Both the position numbers and the translations under genes were made by a program. 64,000 nt of DNA from Acidobacteria bacterium RIFCSPLOWO2_12_FULL_67_14b (lineage in GTDB: Bacteria > Acidobacteriota > Vicinamibacteria > Vicinamibacterales > UBA2999), in assembly GCA_001768615.1 (NCBI GenBank), contig MELE01000027.1:52778-116777 (forward strand). Reading direction: 5' to 3'. The notes beneath the pieces were generated by a model. That model did not search any database, was not told the DNA's origin, and saw nothing but the letters and a program-made list of their open reading frames with translations. This document shows positions 46,648 through 55,871 of this stretch, one piece after another; positions within the stretch are counted from its first letter, which is position 1, and each line of letters begins with the position of its first letter.

Positions 46648-47820
46648 ATGCGTTGGTTTGCCGGTGTCGGCGTGGCCGGATTGGCCGTGGCGGGAGCCGT
46701 GCTCCTCAGGCCGGCGACCGTCTACACGCATACCCCGATCACGACCAGCATCGTCTTTCAGAAGGAGATCGCGCAGATCTTCCAGCGCAAGTGCTTCCAG
46801 TGCCACACCGAGGGCAACATCTCGATGTCGCTCACCACCTACAAGGACGCGCGGCCGTGGGCGGTGGCGATCAAGGAAGAAATTCTCGAGCGCCGCATGC
46901 CGCCCTGGAGCGCGGTGAACGGCTACGGCCATTTCGCCAACGACATGAGCCTGACCGCGCGCGAGGTCAGCATCATCCTGGCGTGGGCCGATGGCGGCGC
47001 CCCGAGCGGCGTGCTGCTCGCCGACGAAAGCAAGCCGCCCGTGTTCGTGCCGCCGCTCGGCGGCTGGGACCAGGGCACACCCGACGTCCTGTTGACGGTG
47101 GCCTCGGATCAGAAAGTGGAAGCCGCGTCGCCCGATCGGACGGCGCGGTTCGAAGTGGCGACGGGCCTGGCGCAGGCGAAGTGGCTGCGCGCGCTGCAAC
47201 TCAACCCGGGCGATCGCCGCGCGGTCCGCTACGCCGCGATCTATGACGCCGCTTCGGGCCGCTGGCTCGGCACGTGGACGCCCGGTCACCTGAACACCAG
47301 CCTGCCCGACGGGGTCGGCATCCAGTTGCCCGCGAAGGGAAAGCTCGCCGTCGAGATCGGCTACCGCGGAACCGACGAGGCCGTGTCGGGCGAAGCCGAG
47401 CTCGGCCTGTACTTTTCGGAGAAGCGGCCGGCGCAGGTCGCGATGCCGCTCGAGATTGCCGCGGCGCCGGCGATCGTGCCCGCCGGCAGGACGCGCGAGA
47501 GGGTCCGCACTGAAACCGTGTTGAAGGCGCCGACCACCGCGTCGGCGCTGTGGCCCCGCCTCGGCGCGGGCGCCAAGTCGATCGAGGTCACGGCCATCCG
47601 TCCCAACGGCGTGGTCGAACCGTTGTTGTGGCTGAAGAACTACCGGCCTGACTGGCCCTCGTCGTATGTGTTCCGCGAGCCAATCACGCTGCCGGCAGGC
47701 ACGCGCCTGGTCATGACGGCGTACTACGACAACGCCACCGGAACCGCGCTCCAGGCGCGGCCCGCGGTGTCGGTTACCGCATTTCCGCCGTCTCGCCCGC
47801 CCGCAACACTCGCACCGTAA
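46648..47820 (+). CDS. CxxCH haem-binding (PSCyt1-like) domain protein
   Basis: N-terminal TM segment, then FQRKCFQCH...MPPW. The C-terminal beta-rich region ends ...AYYDN. Confidence 0.7.
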   Translation: MRWFAGVGVAGLAVAGAVLLRPATVYTHTPITTSIVFQKEIAQIFQRKCFQCHTEGNISMSLTTYKDARPWAVAIKEEILERRMPPWSAVNGYGHFANDMSLTAREVSIILAWADGGAPSGVLLADESKPPVFVPPLGGWDQGTPDVLLTVASDQKVEAASPDRTARFEVATGLAQAKWLRALQLNPGDRRAVRYAAIYDAASGRWLGTWTPGHLNTSLPDGVGIQLPAKGKLAVEIGYRGTDEAVSGEAELGLYFSEKRPAQVAMPLEIAAAPAIVPAGRTRERVRTETVLKAPTTASALWPRLGAGAKSIEVTAIRPNGVVEPLLWLKNYRPDWPSSYVFREPITLPAGTRLVMTAYYDNATGTALQARPAVSVTAFPPSRPPATLAP

Positions 47821-48733
47821 ACGGCACCGTCGACAGGTGGTTGTTCCTCTGGAACTGCAGCCAGATGCGGTAGTGGCCCGGCTTGGGGAACAGGGCGTGG
47901 AAGACCAGGTCCGGCCCGCCGCCCCCGGTGATCGTCGTGCCCTCGAGCATCTCCTCGGGATGGGCGTGCACGTGCTCCATCATGTCTTCGCTGAGCATCA
48001 TCGCGTGCCCGAATGCGCCGAGGTAGCGCTGCAGGTTGGTCACCGGCTGCTCGGTCTTCTCGTCGGTGAAGCGGATCGGCACGTCGAGATCTTCACCGGC
48101 GACGAGCTTCGCGGGCTCGATTCGCAGATCGATCGTCACGCCGTCGGCATGCTTCACCCACGACCCATCCGGCACGAGGTTCGCCGCGTCGGACGCGATG
48201 TCGCCTTCGTAGCCTGCCGTGACGAGCGGCGTCGTGATCAGCTGCGGGCTGCCGCCAAGCGGCATGAAGTCGCTGAAGAGCACATAGTGGCCCGGCTTGG
48301 GCAACGTGTGCTCGATGGTGAACGAGCCGTCCGCCTCGAACACCGGATGCTCGTGATTGAAGAGCGTCAGGTCGCGGCTGATGATGAAGAGGTGGAACAG
48401 CCGGTCGTGCACGTCGGCAAACCGGTTCACCTTCGCGCCGGTCAACGGATGGGTGACGGTGAACCGGAACTTCGTCGGCTGCCCGGCTTTCACGACGCGC
48501 GGCTCGGCGACGACGCTCAGGCGGTAGTCGGCGGTGGCCATCGGGTCGCCGGGCACGAGCGTCATGCCGCAGATGCTGCAGGTGCCGGGCTCGGCCTTCA
48601 CCTCGTTCGGATGCATCGGGCAGATGTAGCCGCTGGTGGTGGCTGGCTTATTCGGGTCGACGATGGGCCGCGCGGTGCCGGGGATCAGCTCCTGGACCGC
48701 CAGCACGACCGCCAAGGCCAGAACGAGCTTCAT
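47774..48733 (-). CDS. heavy-metal-binding domain (HMBD, CPMHP motif) protein with two His/Met-rich Ig-like modules
   Basis: YICPMHPNEVKAEPGTCSICGMTLVP, then two repeats of the pattern H..F..S.D...F.HEHP...PKPGHY. MMLSEDMMEHVHAHPEEM is also present. Confidence 0.8.
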   Translation of the reverse strand: MKLVLALAVVLAVQELIPGTARPIVDPNKPATTSGYICPMHPNEVKAEPGTCSICGMTLVPGDPMATADYRLSVVAEPRVVKAGQPTKFRFTVTHPLTGAKVNRFADVHDRLFHLFIISRDLTLFNHEHPVFEADGSFTIEHTLPKPGHYVLFSDFMPLGGSPQLITTPLVTAGYEGDIASDAANLVPDGSWVKHADGVTIDLRIEPAKLVAGEDLDVPIRFTDEKTEQPVTNLQRYLGAFGHAMMLSEDMMEHVHAHPEEMLEGTTITGGGGPDLVFHALFPKPGHYRIWLQFQRNNHLSTVPFTVRVLRAGETAEMR

Positions 48734-48749
48734 CTCTCTATTCTATAAG

Positions 48750-48879
48750 GGTGCTTGGGTGCTTGGGTGCGTGGGTGCTTATGTGCGCACCTACGCACCT
48801 ACGCACCTACGCACCTACGCACCTACGCACCTACGCACCTATGCACCCACGCACCCACGCACCCACGCACCCACGCACC
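48750..48879. repeat. about 16 consecutive 8-nt units: GGTGCTTG-type x4, CTACGCAC x6 (perfect), CTATGCAC, CCACGCAC x4
   Basis: Read directly. The left units are the reverse complement of the right units. G3N5 x4 motifs occur on the + strand (48749..48775) and on the - strand (48846..48872). Confidence 0.9.
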
Positions 48880-48887
48880 TTGTTCTT

Positions 48888-49442
48888 TCAGGGCCAGAGC
48901 CAGCCGAAGGTGCCGCCGGTGAGGAGGCCGTAGAGCAGGCCATCGAGCATGCCGCGCATGGTCGTGCCCCAGTTCTTGCCGCCCCAGATCGAGGACTGGG
49001 GCAGGCCCAGCGCGTAGCCGGTGAACGCCACGCAGCCGGCGACCTGGAACACCCTCAGGTACTCGGTGCCGGGGCCGAAGGCCACGCCGGCAATGTAGCC
49101 GGCGACCAGCGAGATCACGATGGAGTAGAGGAACCACTGAACCAGGTTCGTGGCCATGTTGTACTCACCCGGCCTCACGGTCATGAAGACCACCGGCCCG
49201 GCCTTCATCTTCGCCTGGAACTCCGGTGACTTCATCGCGTCCATCGACTGCGCGAGCGGCATGCCGTAATCACCGGGCGCGAGGTTGAACGGCCGCAGCG
49301 CGGCCATCACGCCATCCTCGTTTGGTACCCTCTTGAAGTCATTCTTGTGGAACTTGGTGAACATGTGGATGGCCGAGCTGGCCACAAACACGATCACCGC
49401 GGAGAGGAGAATCGGGAGCCACAACGACAGCACTGGGACCAT
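48888..49442 (-). CDS. hypothetical integral membrane protein
   Basis: 184 aa, about 4 TM segments. GGAGG lies 5 nt upstream of the ATG. It is downstream of the ECF sigma/anti-sigma genes. Confidence 0.7.
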   Translation of the reverse strand: MVPVLSLWLPILLSAVIVFVASSAIHMFTKFHKNDFKRVPNEDGVMAALRPFNLAPGDYGMPLAQSMDAMKSPEFQAKMKAGPVVFMTVRPGEYNMATNLVQWFLYSIVISLVAGYIAGVAFGPGTEYLRVFQVAGCVAFTGYALGLPQSSIWGGKNWGTTMRGMLDGLLYGLLTGGTFGWLWP

Positions 49443-49496
49443 CAGAGCCTCCAGCCGCGCATGCTAGTCGATCGCGAGGCGGCCTGTATAGCCGGC

Positions 49497-49742
49497 CTAC
49501 AGGATCCCGCGCAACCGGAGCGCGTCGTGCACGACGGCGGAGAAGTAGAGCAGGCACAGCCCGCCGATCACGGCCTGTCCGAGGATGAAAGCCGCCGACC
49601 GTATCGCGGCACCGGCGCAATCGGGCCGCCGGCGCGCGAGCCTGGCATGGCAGCGCGCGCGCACTTGCGCCGCACGCGAGTGGTCGGGCGTCATGAGCGG
49701 CAGCGCGCGCAGCGCCGGATCATGGGCTTCGTCGGTGATCAT
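49497..49742 (-). CDS. putative anti-sigma factor (small, single TM)
   Basis: ATGA overlap with the ECF sigma gene. It has a C-terminal hydrophobic segment AAFILGQAVIGGLCLLYFSAVV. Confidence 0.55.
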   Translation of the reverse strand: MITDEAHDPALRALPLMTPDHSRAAQVRARCHARLARRRPDCAGAAIRSAAFILGQAVIGGLCLLYFSAVVHDALRLRGIL

Positions 49743-50335
49743 GTCGTGACCTCTTTCAGCGCCGCCAGGCCCGGCACGCTGTTCTCATCGAGCGTGCGCG
49801 ACAGCAGCGCGCGGGCGCGGCTCAATCGCTGGCGCATGGCTTCGGGCGTGATGCCGCACACGCCGGCGGCTTCCGCCGGCCGCAACCCCTCGACCACCAC
49901 GAGCAGCAGCGCTTCACGATAGGCCACCGGCAAGGCGCCAAGCGCCGCCTCGACGCGCCGCCCGGTCTCGCCGGCCGCGGTCGCTTCGAACGGCGTCGGC
50001 TGCGGCGATCCGGAGGGCCACAAGCCGATCAGATCCGCCGCGTGCGAATCCTCAAGGAGCCGCGATCGGCGGTAGCTGGCGTGGAGGTTGCGGGCCACCG
50101 TGAACAGCCACGGTCCGAGGCGCGTGTCAGGCTGCAGCCGCGACGCCCGGGCGACCAACCGGAGCCAGGTTTCTTCCAGCAGATCCTCGGCGACCTGGCG
50201 CCGCCGCGACAGCCGCGCCAGGAAGTTGAAGAGCCGCGTGTTGAAGCACGCGTACACCTCGTCGAACGCCGTGGCGTCGCCCTCTCGCAGGCGGGCGACG
50301 AGCGCCAGCTCGGACTCGCGGTCCATACCGGTCAT
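49739..50335 (-). CDS. ECF-subfamily RNA polymerase sigma-70 factor
   Basis: Region 2 (FDEVYACFNTRLFNFLARL..AEDLLEETWLR) and region 4 (LPVAYREALLLVVVEGLRPAEAAGVCGITPEAMRQRLSRAR). Confidence 0.9.
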   Translation of the reverse strand: MTGMDRESELALVARLREGDATAFDEVYACFNTRLFNFLARLSRRRQVAEDLLEETWLRLVARASRLQPDTRLGPWLFTVARNLHASYRRSRLLEDSHAADLIGLWPSGSPQPTPFEATAAGETGRRVEAALGALPVAYREALLLVVVEGLRPAEAAGVCGITPEAMRQRLSRARALLSRTLDENSVPGLAALKEVTT

Positions 50336-50415
50336 AACGCTTCCGCCGGCCGATCGTGACAGCCGTCACGCCCGGGCCCGGGGAGCGTTATACCCCGGTG
50401 GAGGCCAGGAACGTC

Positions 50416-50760
50416 ATGCAGATTCTTGAAATGCTCGGCCAGGCCAGCATCGTCGCGCTTCTGAGCATGCTGGTCAGCGTGCTCCCGCTCTTCGCCGGTC
50501 TTGCCTACGCGATACGGCCCAACGAGCAGCGGCTGGCGTTGATGCGGCCGCTCTCGCTCGCGGGGTTGTTTGCCGGGTTGTGCGGCCTGGTGGTCGGCCT
50601 GATCAACGTGCTTCGCATGGCCTGGATCAACGAGCCGCCGTTCAACTATCGGGTCGCCGCGGTGGGCACGGCCGAATCGCTGGTGACGCTGTTTCTCGCC
50701 TTCGGCAGCCTGACGGTGGCGTGGCTCTGCGTCGCCTTCGGGTTCCGGCGGCTGTCGTGA
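50416..50760 (+). CDS. hypothetical membrane protein (3 TM)
   Basis: ATG at 50416 (MQILEMLGQASIVALLSMLV...) inside ORF 50356..50760. It is divergent from the ECF sigma gene. Confidence 0.6.
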   Translation: MQILEMLGQASIVALLSMLVSVLPLFAGLAYAIRPNEQRLALMRPLSLAGLFAGLCGLVVGLINVLRMAWINEPPFNYRVAAVGTAESLVTLFLAFGSLTVAWLCVAFGFRRLS

Positions 50761-50800
50761 CGCGCCGCCTGCCCTGAGCGAGCCGCGGCGAGTCGAAGGG

Positions 50801-51502
50801 TCAGCGATCGAGCGCCAGCGCCCCCGTGTAGATCGCCATGCCCACGACGGCATCGATGCCAAGCGCGTCGAGGGCGTCGATTTCCGCGCGGGTCGTGATG
50901 CCGCCCGCGGCGGTGAGCTTGCGAGCGGTCGCCTTGGCCACGGCCTTGATCGCCGCCATGTCGGTGCCCTGCATCAGGCCCTCCGTGTCCACGTGGGTGT
51001 AGAGGAATTCCGAGCAGTACGGCTCGAGCGCGGCCACGGCCTGTACGGCCGTGAGCGGCAGCATGGTCTTCCAGCCGTGGATCACCACGCGGCCGGCCCT
51101 CGAGTCGACCGCGGCGATGAGGCGGTCGGGGCCCACCAGGTCCGCCAGCGCGCGGGCGAAGTCGTGGTCGATCATCCGGCTGATGTCGCCGCCGTCGGCG
51201 CGCCGGAACAGCCCCGAGCCGGCGATCACCGCCCGGGCGCCGGCGGCGATCAGCTCTTCGGCGCGGCGCACGCTGCGCACGCCGCCGCCGACGCGGCAGG
51301 GGAGCCGGGCGGCGATCTGCCTCACGAGCGCGTCGTTGTTGCCACGCGACATCGCCGCGTCGAGGTCGATGAGCTGCACTTTGGGGAACGTCGAGAACTT
51401 CTCGATCCAGCCGTCGAGATCGTCGGAGGCGATGGCGAGCTTGTCGCCCTGCACGAGTTGCACGACGCGGCCGCCCTGGAGGTCGATGGAGGGGATCAGC
51501 AT
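50801..51502 (-). CDS. hisA: HisA-type ProFAR isomerase (HisA/HisF family)
   Basis: MLIPSIDLQGGRVVQLVQG, GGGVRS and GGITT phosphate-binding motifs. Last gene of the his operon. Confidence 0.75.
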   Translation of the reverse strand: MLIPSIDLQGGRVVQLVQGDKLAIASDDLDGWIEKFSTFPKVQLIDLDAAMSRGNNDALVRQIAARLPCRVGGGVRSVRRAEELIAAGARAVIAGSGLFRRADGGDISRMIDHDFARALADLVGPDRLIAAVDSRAGRVVIHGWKTMLPLTAVQAVAALEPYCSEFLYTHVDTEGLMQGTDMAAIKAVAKATARKLTAAGGITTRAEIDALDALGIDAVVGMAIYTGALALDR

Positions 51503-51512
51503 GGTTTCAGAC

Positions 51513-51535
51513 GGGCTCCGGGCTCCGGGCTCCGA
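51513..51535. repeat. GGGCTCC x3 word array in the hisF-hisA gap
   Basis: gggctccgggctccgggctccga. On the sense (-) strand this reads GGAGCCC x3, that is, three SD-like GGAG motifs. Confidence 0.85.
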
Positions 51536-51538
51536 GCT

Positions 51539-52294
51539 TTACATTCTTACCGGAACGCCCGCGTCATTCAAAAACCGTTTGAGCTCGCTGACGCTCTTCT
51601 CGTTGAAGTGGAAGATCGACGCGGCGAGGGCGGCGTCGGCGTGACCGGTGGTGAACACCTCCGCGAAGTGTTCGAAGGACCCGGCGCCTCCGGAGGCGAT
51701 CACGGGGATGTTCACGGCGTCCGACACGGCAGCGGTCAGTTCGCAATCGAAGCCGGCCTTCGTCCCATCGCGATCGATCGAGGTCAGGAGGATCTCGCCG
51801 GCGCCCCGGCTCGTGGCCTCTCGCGCCCATTCGACGGCGTCGCGCGCGGTTTCGGCCATGCCGCTGCGGCCGTAGACCGCGAAGCGATCGTCTTGGCGCT
51901 TCGCATCAATCGCGACGATCACCGCCTGGCTGCCGTAGCGGCGCGCGAGGCTGGTAATCAAGTCCGGATCGGCGAGCGCCGCGGTATTGAGGCTGACCTT
52001 GTCGGCGCCGGCCTCGATGGCCGCCGCGGCATCCGCTTCGCTGCGAATGCCGCCGCCGACGGCGAGCGGCAGGAAGATCTCGCGGGCCACCGCGGCGATC
52101 GTGTGGGCGCGCGCCTGGCGTGCTTCGACCGTGGCGGTGACATCGAGGATCACGATCTCGTCGATGCCCTCGGCGTTGTAGCGGCGCGCGAGGGCCGCGG
52201 GATCGCCGGCGTCGCGCAGGCCCTCGAAGTTGACGCCCTTGACGACCGTGCCGTCACGGACGTCGAGGCACGCGATGATGCGCTTAGACAACAT
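51539..52294 (-). CDS. hisF: imidazole glycerol phosphate synthase cyclase subunit
   Basis: ATG at 52294 ([23 protein letters not shown]) inside ORF 51539..52447. GGGIRS and ASGGAG motifs. Confidence 0.9.
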   Translation of the reverse strand: MLSKRIIACLDVRDGTVVKGVNFEGLRDAGDPAALARRYNAEGIDEIVILDVTATVEARQARAHTIAAVAREIFLPLAVGGGIRSEADAAAAIEAGADKVSLNTAALADPDLITSLARRYGSQAVIVAIDAKRQDDRFAVYGRSGMAETARDAVEWAREATSRGAGEILLTSIDRDGTKAGFDCELTAAVSDAVNIPVIASGGAGSFEHFAEVFTTGHADAALAASIFHFNEKSVSELKRFLNDAGVPVRM

Positions 52295-52883
52295 CGCGCA
52301 GCCAGTTGCCGAGAATGTGAAGCCCGGCGGGCCCGGATTTTTCCGGATGGAACTGGACCGCCGACACGCGGTCACGCTCGACGGCGGCGCTGAAGGGCGC
52401 GCCGTAGTCGCAGACCGCGACCGTGTCGTCGACGACCGGCGCGGCATAGGAGTGCGTGAAGTAGACCTGCGTGCCGTCCGCCACGCCGGCCATCAGCTTG
52501 CTTGGGCGCGGCATGGTGAGGCTGTTCCAGCCGACATGCGGCACTTTCAGCGTGTCGTCGCCCCCGACGCGCTGACAGACGCCGGCGAACACGCCCAACC
52601 CCGCGACGCCCGGCGCCTCGACGCTGCCCTCGAACAACCATTGCAAGCCGACGCAAATGCCGAGCAGCGGCGTGCCGTCGGCGATCGTGGCCGCGATGGC
52701 GGATCGCCAGTCACCGGTCAGCCCGCGCGTGGTGTCGAAGTGACCCACTCCGGGGACGATGATGCCGTGCGCGCGGGCGAGCTCGCCGGGCACCGTCGGC
52801 GTCCAGACCCCGGCGCCCAGCGCCGCCAGCGCCTTTCGCACGGACGTGAGATTGCCCGCGCCGTAGTCGACGAGCGCGATCAC
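52284..52883 (-). CDS. hisH: imidazole glycerol phosphate synthase glutamine amidotransferase subunit
   Basis: [22 protein letters not shown] catalytic Cys, and C-terminal HPEKS. GTG start overlapping the hisB stop. Confidence 0.9.
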   Translation of the reverse strand: MIALVDYGAGNLTSVRKALAALGAGVWTPTVPGELARAHGIIVPGVGHFDTTRGLTGDWRSAIAATIADGTPLLGICVGLQWLFEGSVEAPGVAGLGVFAGVCQRVGGDDTLKVPHVGWNSLTMPRPSKLMAGVADGTQVYFTHSYAAPVVDDTVAVCDYGAPFSAAVERDRVSAVQFHPEKSGPAGLHILGNWLRDVV

Positions 52884-53467
52884 AACAGGCCCTTGGTGCT
52901 CGGAAGCATGCGGGCCAGGCGCTTGTCCTTCGAGGAGGCCACGCGCAGTGCGCGCGCGAAGGCCTTGAAGCAGGCCTCGATCTTGTGATGGTTCGATCGG
53001 CCGTACATCACCTTCACATGCACGTTGGCGCGCGCGGCCATGGCGAAGCCGTCGAAGAAGTCGTGCACCAGCTCGGCCTGCAGATCGCCGACCACGCGCA
53101 CCGTGACCCTGGTGTCGACGACCGCGTGAGGCCGCCCGCTCAGGTCGATGGCGACGACCGCCAGCGTTTCGTCCATCGGCATCACGAAATAGCCGGCGCG
53201 GTTGATGCCGCGCTTGTTGCCGACGGCGGCGAGCACCGCCTCGCCGAGCGCGATGCCCACGTCTTCCACCGTGTGGTGCTGATCGACGTCGAGGTCGCCG
53301 GCCGCCTTCACCTTGAGATCGAACCCGCCATGCCGGGCCACCAGGTCGAGCATGTGATCGAGAAAGCGGATGCCGGTCGCGTTCTCGTACCGGCCCTTGC
53401 CGTCGAGCGCCAGCGTGACCTTGATCCGGGTCTCAGCGGTCCGCCGGTTGATTACCGCGCGGCGCAT
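52880..53467 (-). CDS. hisB: imidazoleglycerol-phosphate dehydratase
   Basis: ATG at 53467. [24 protein letters not shown] and HHKIEA motifs. Monofunctional length. Confidence 0.9.
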   Translation of the reverse strand: MRRAVINRRTAETRIKVTLALDGKGRYENATGIRFLDHMLDLVARHGGFDLKVKAAGDLDVDQHHTVEDVGIALGEAVLAAVGNKRGINRAGYFVMPMDETLAVVAIDLSGRPHAVVDTRVTVRVVGDLQAELVHDFFDGFAMAARANVHVKVMYGRSNHHKIEACFKAFARALRVASSKDKRLARMLPSTKGLL

Positions 53468-54528
53468 AACGCCTCGAGGGTCTCGACCGCCGTGCGCGTG
53501 TGTTCCACGACGCCGGCGGTGAGGCGGAAACAATTCGGGCACGCGGGGTCCTTGGTGCGATCGCGAACGAACACGCCCCTGGCAATCATGCCGTCAATCA
53601 GCGCCCGGGCGCGGCTGCCGCCGTCGATGAGCACGAAATTCGCGGCGCTCTTCCAATAGCGCAGGCCGGCGCGCTCGCAGGCGGCGTAGACGAGCGCCTT
53701 CGATTCGGCCGCCTGCGCGACATACCATGCGCGAAACCCGGTGTCGGCGATCGCCGCGCGCAAGGCCGCCACGGCGACCACATTCAGGTTGAACAGCGGC
53801 ATGCACCGGCGGATCGGCGCCAGCACCGCGGGCGACGCGATCATCACGCCAACCCGCATGCCGGCAAGCCCGAACGCCTTCGAAAACGTCCGGCCAACGA
53901 GCATGTTCGGATACTGCGCGGCTTCCTGAAGGAAGTTCTCACCCTGGAAGTCCTGATACGCCTCGTCGACGAACACGAGCGCATGCGCGGCTTCCCGTGC
54001 CACGCGGTGGATGGCCGCCTTCGGCACCGGCTGGCCCGTCGGGTTGTTCGGGTTGTTCACGTAGACGATGCGGGTGTCGGGTGTCAGCGCGCGGATGACG
54101 GCATCGACCGGATACGAATAGTCAGGAGCGGGCGGCACCGACACGACGCGCGCGCCCATGGCATGCGCGCCGTGCAAGTACGGCTCGAACGCCGGTTGCG
54201 CCACCAGGACCTCGGGCGCGCCCGACATGACGGTGGGCGCCGCCCCCTGCGCCACGAGCGCCTCAGGTGTCCGGTTGGTGAGGTAGCCGACCGACGCGAG
54301 CAGGATGCCTTCGTCGAGCCCGTTGGTGAGCACGATGCGATCGGGGTCGACGCCGAGAAAAGCCGCCGTTTCGAGAATGGCGTCGCGGAAATCCGGATAG
54401 GTGGCGAGACGTGGCCCGTCGAACGCGCGGACCGCCTCGACGACCTTCGGCGAACAGCCGCCGGTGTTCTCGTTGAGGTGAAGCCGAAGGCCGGGGCCGA
54501 GGTCGGGGACGCCTTGGATCGTTATCAT
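53452..54528 (-). CDS. hisC: histidinol-phosphate aminotransferase
   Basis: [10 protein letters not shown]-terminal motif and [17 protein letters not shown]-lysine motif. Confidence 0.9.
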   Translation of the reverse strand: MITIQGVPDLGPGLRLHLNENTGGCSPKVVEAVRAFDGPRLATYPDFRDAILETAAFLGVDPDRIVLTNGLDEGILLASVGYLTNRTPEALVAQGAAPTVMSGAPEVLVAQPAFEPYLHGAHAMGARVVSVPPAPDYSYPVDAVIRALTPDTRIVYVNNPNNPTGQPVPKAAIHRVAREAAHALVFVDEAYQDFQGENFLQEAAQYPNMLVGRTFSKAFGLAGMRVGVMIASPAVLAPIRRCMPLFNLNVVAVAALRAAIADTGFRAWYVAQAAESKALVYAACERAGLRYWKSAANFVLIDGGSRARALIDGMIARGVFVRDRTKDPACPNCFRLTAGVVEHTRTAVETLEALCAAR

Positions 54529-55784
54529 CGTTTATGCCTTCTGCCTTCAGCCTTCTGCCTTGCTTCAATCGAGCGCGCGTGCGCTTCGAGGCCCTCGGCG
54601 CGGGCCAGGGTCGTGACGGTCTTCGCGATCCGCCCCAGGCCGGCCTTCGTCAGTCGCTGCACGGACACGAGCTTCACGAAGTCGGCGGCGTTCAGCCCAC
54701 CGCGATGACGGGCCGCGCCCGCCGTCGGCAACACATGGTTCGAGCCGATGGCGTAGTCGCCGGCGACCTGCGCCGTCCAGCCGCCCACGAACACGGCACC
54801 AGCATTCCATACGAGCCGGGCGAGCGCTTCGGTTCCCACCACCAGGTGCTCGGAGGCCGCCTGGTTCGCCAGCGCGATGGCCTCGGCCATGCTCCGGCAA
54901 ACGATCACGCCGCCATGACGCGCGAGCGCCTGGCGGGCGGGACCGGTGCCGGGCATCTGCCGTTCAACTTCCGCGGCCACGCGCTCCGCCAACCGCCTGT
55001 TGGAGGTGATGAAGACCGCCCGCGCGTCGGGATCGTGCTCGGCTTGGGCGATGAGATCCGCGGCGATCCACGCGGCCGGGCCGGTCGCCGAGACAATCAG
55101 GATCTCGGTGGGTCCGGCGTAGAAGTCGATGCCGCAGTCGGCGGATACCAGCGACTTGGCGGCCGCCACCCATCGGTTGCCGGGGCCGACGATCTTGTCG
55201 ACCTGGGGAACGGTGCGCGTGCCATAGGCCAGCGCGGCAACGGCGTGGGCGCCGCCCATGCGAAACAGCCGATCGACGCCGGCCTCGAGGGCGGCGGCGA
55301 ACACCGCCGCATCCGGCCGTGGACAGGCCACGACCACTTCGCGCACGCCGGCCGCCCGTGCCGGTACCGCCGTCATCAGCAAAGACGAGGGCAGGGGGTA
55401 GCGCCCGGCCGGCACGTAGCATCCGACACGGCCGAGGGGAACGACGCGCTGTTCCACCACGATGCCCGGCGCCACCTTCAGCCGCCAGCCCGCGGGCACC
55501 TGCTTGCGGGCGACCTTGCGGATGTGGCCCACCGCGCGCTTGATGGCGGCGCGCACGGCGGGCGGCGCCTGTCGCGCCATCGCCGCCCACTGCCGCCGCG
55601 GCACTTCGATGGCGCCGCCGACGCCATCGAGCTCCTTCACGAAACGGGCGAGCGCCGCGTCGCCGCCGCGCCGGACCCGGGCGACGATCGCGGCCGCCCG
55701 CGCCTCGGTCGCGCGATCGCGGATGCGTGTGGCCGACAGCAGGTCGGCAACGGCGCGGCGATTGGTTGAAGTCACAATCTTCAT
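54525..55784 (-). CDS. hisD: histidinol dehydrogenase
   Basis: 419 aa with HisD motifs ([24 protein letters not shown]). ATGA overlap with hisC. Confidence 0.9.
   Translation of the reverse strand: MKIVTSTNRRAVADLLSATRIRDRATEARAAAIVARVRRGGDAALARFVKELDGVGGAIEVPRRQWAAMARQAPPAVRAAIKRAVGHIRKVARKQVPAGWRLKVAPGIVVEQRVVPLGRVGCYVPAGRYPLPSSLLMTAVPARAAGVREVVVACPRPDAAVFAAALEAGVDRLFRMGGAHAVAALAYGTRTVPQVDKIVGPGNRWVAAAKSLVSADCGIDFYAGPTEILIVSATGPAAWIAADLIAQAEHDPDARAVFITSNRRLAERVAAEVERQMPGTGPARQALARHGGVIVCRSMAEAIALANQAASEHLVVGTEALARLVWNAGAVFVGGWTAQVAGDYAIGSNHVLPTAGAARHRGGLNAADFVKLVSVQRLTKAGLGRIAKTVTTLARAEGLEAHARSIEARQKAEGRRHKR
54534..54563. repeat. GGCAGAAGG/GGCTGAAGG word array inside the 3' end of hisD
   Basis: atgccttctgccttcagccttctgccttgc. 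The sense strand GCAAGGCAGAAGGCTGAAGGCAGAAGGCAT encodes the hisD tail [10 protein letters not shown] and lies just upstream of the hisC ATG. Confidence 0.85.
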
Positions 55785-55788
55785 AAGC

Positions 55789-55871
55789 GATCAAAGGAAA
55801 CCACGAAGAACACGAAGATCACCACGAAGATCACGAAGTCTATTGATCAAAGAGTTCTTCGTGGTCTCTGT
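55789..55871. repeat. ACCACGAAG-word element, copy 4, inside the his operon (hisG-hisD gap)
   Basis: GATCAAAGGAAACCACGAAGAACACGAAGATCACCACGAAGATCACGAAG, loop tctattgatcaaagag, then TTCTTCGTGGTCTCTGTTT. The arms are unequal (4 words versus 1). Confidence 0.9.

Noticed and set aside
48750-48879. Possible CRISPR array
   Set aside because: The period is only 8 nt with no unique spacers, and there are no cas genes. It is a simple tandem/inverted word array.
50334-50395. 8-bp inverted repeat ATAACGCT...AGCGTTAT and GTGAC-AGCC-GTCAC in the divergent ECF sigma promoter region as a regulatory site
   Set aside because: The arms are short and separated by about 43 nt. ECF promoters are not palindromic, so this may be chance and is not called.
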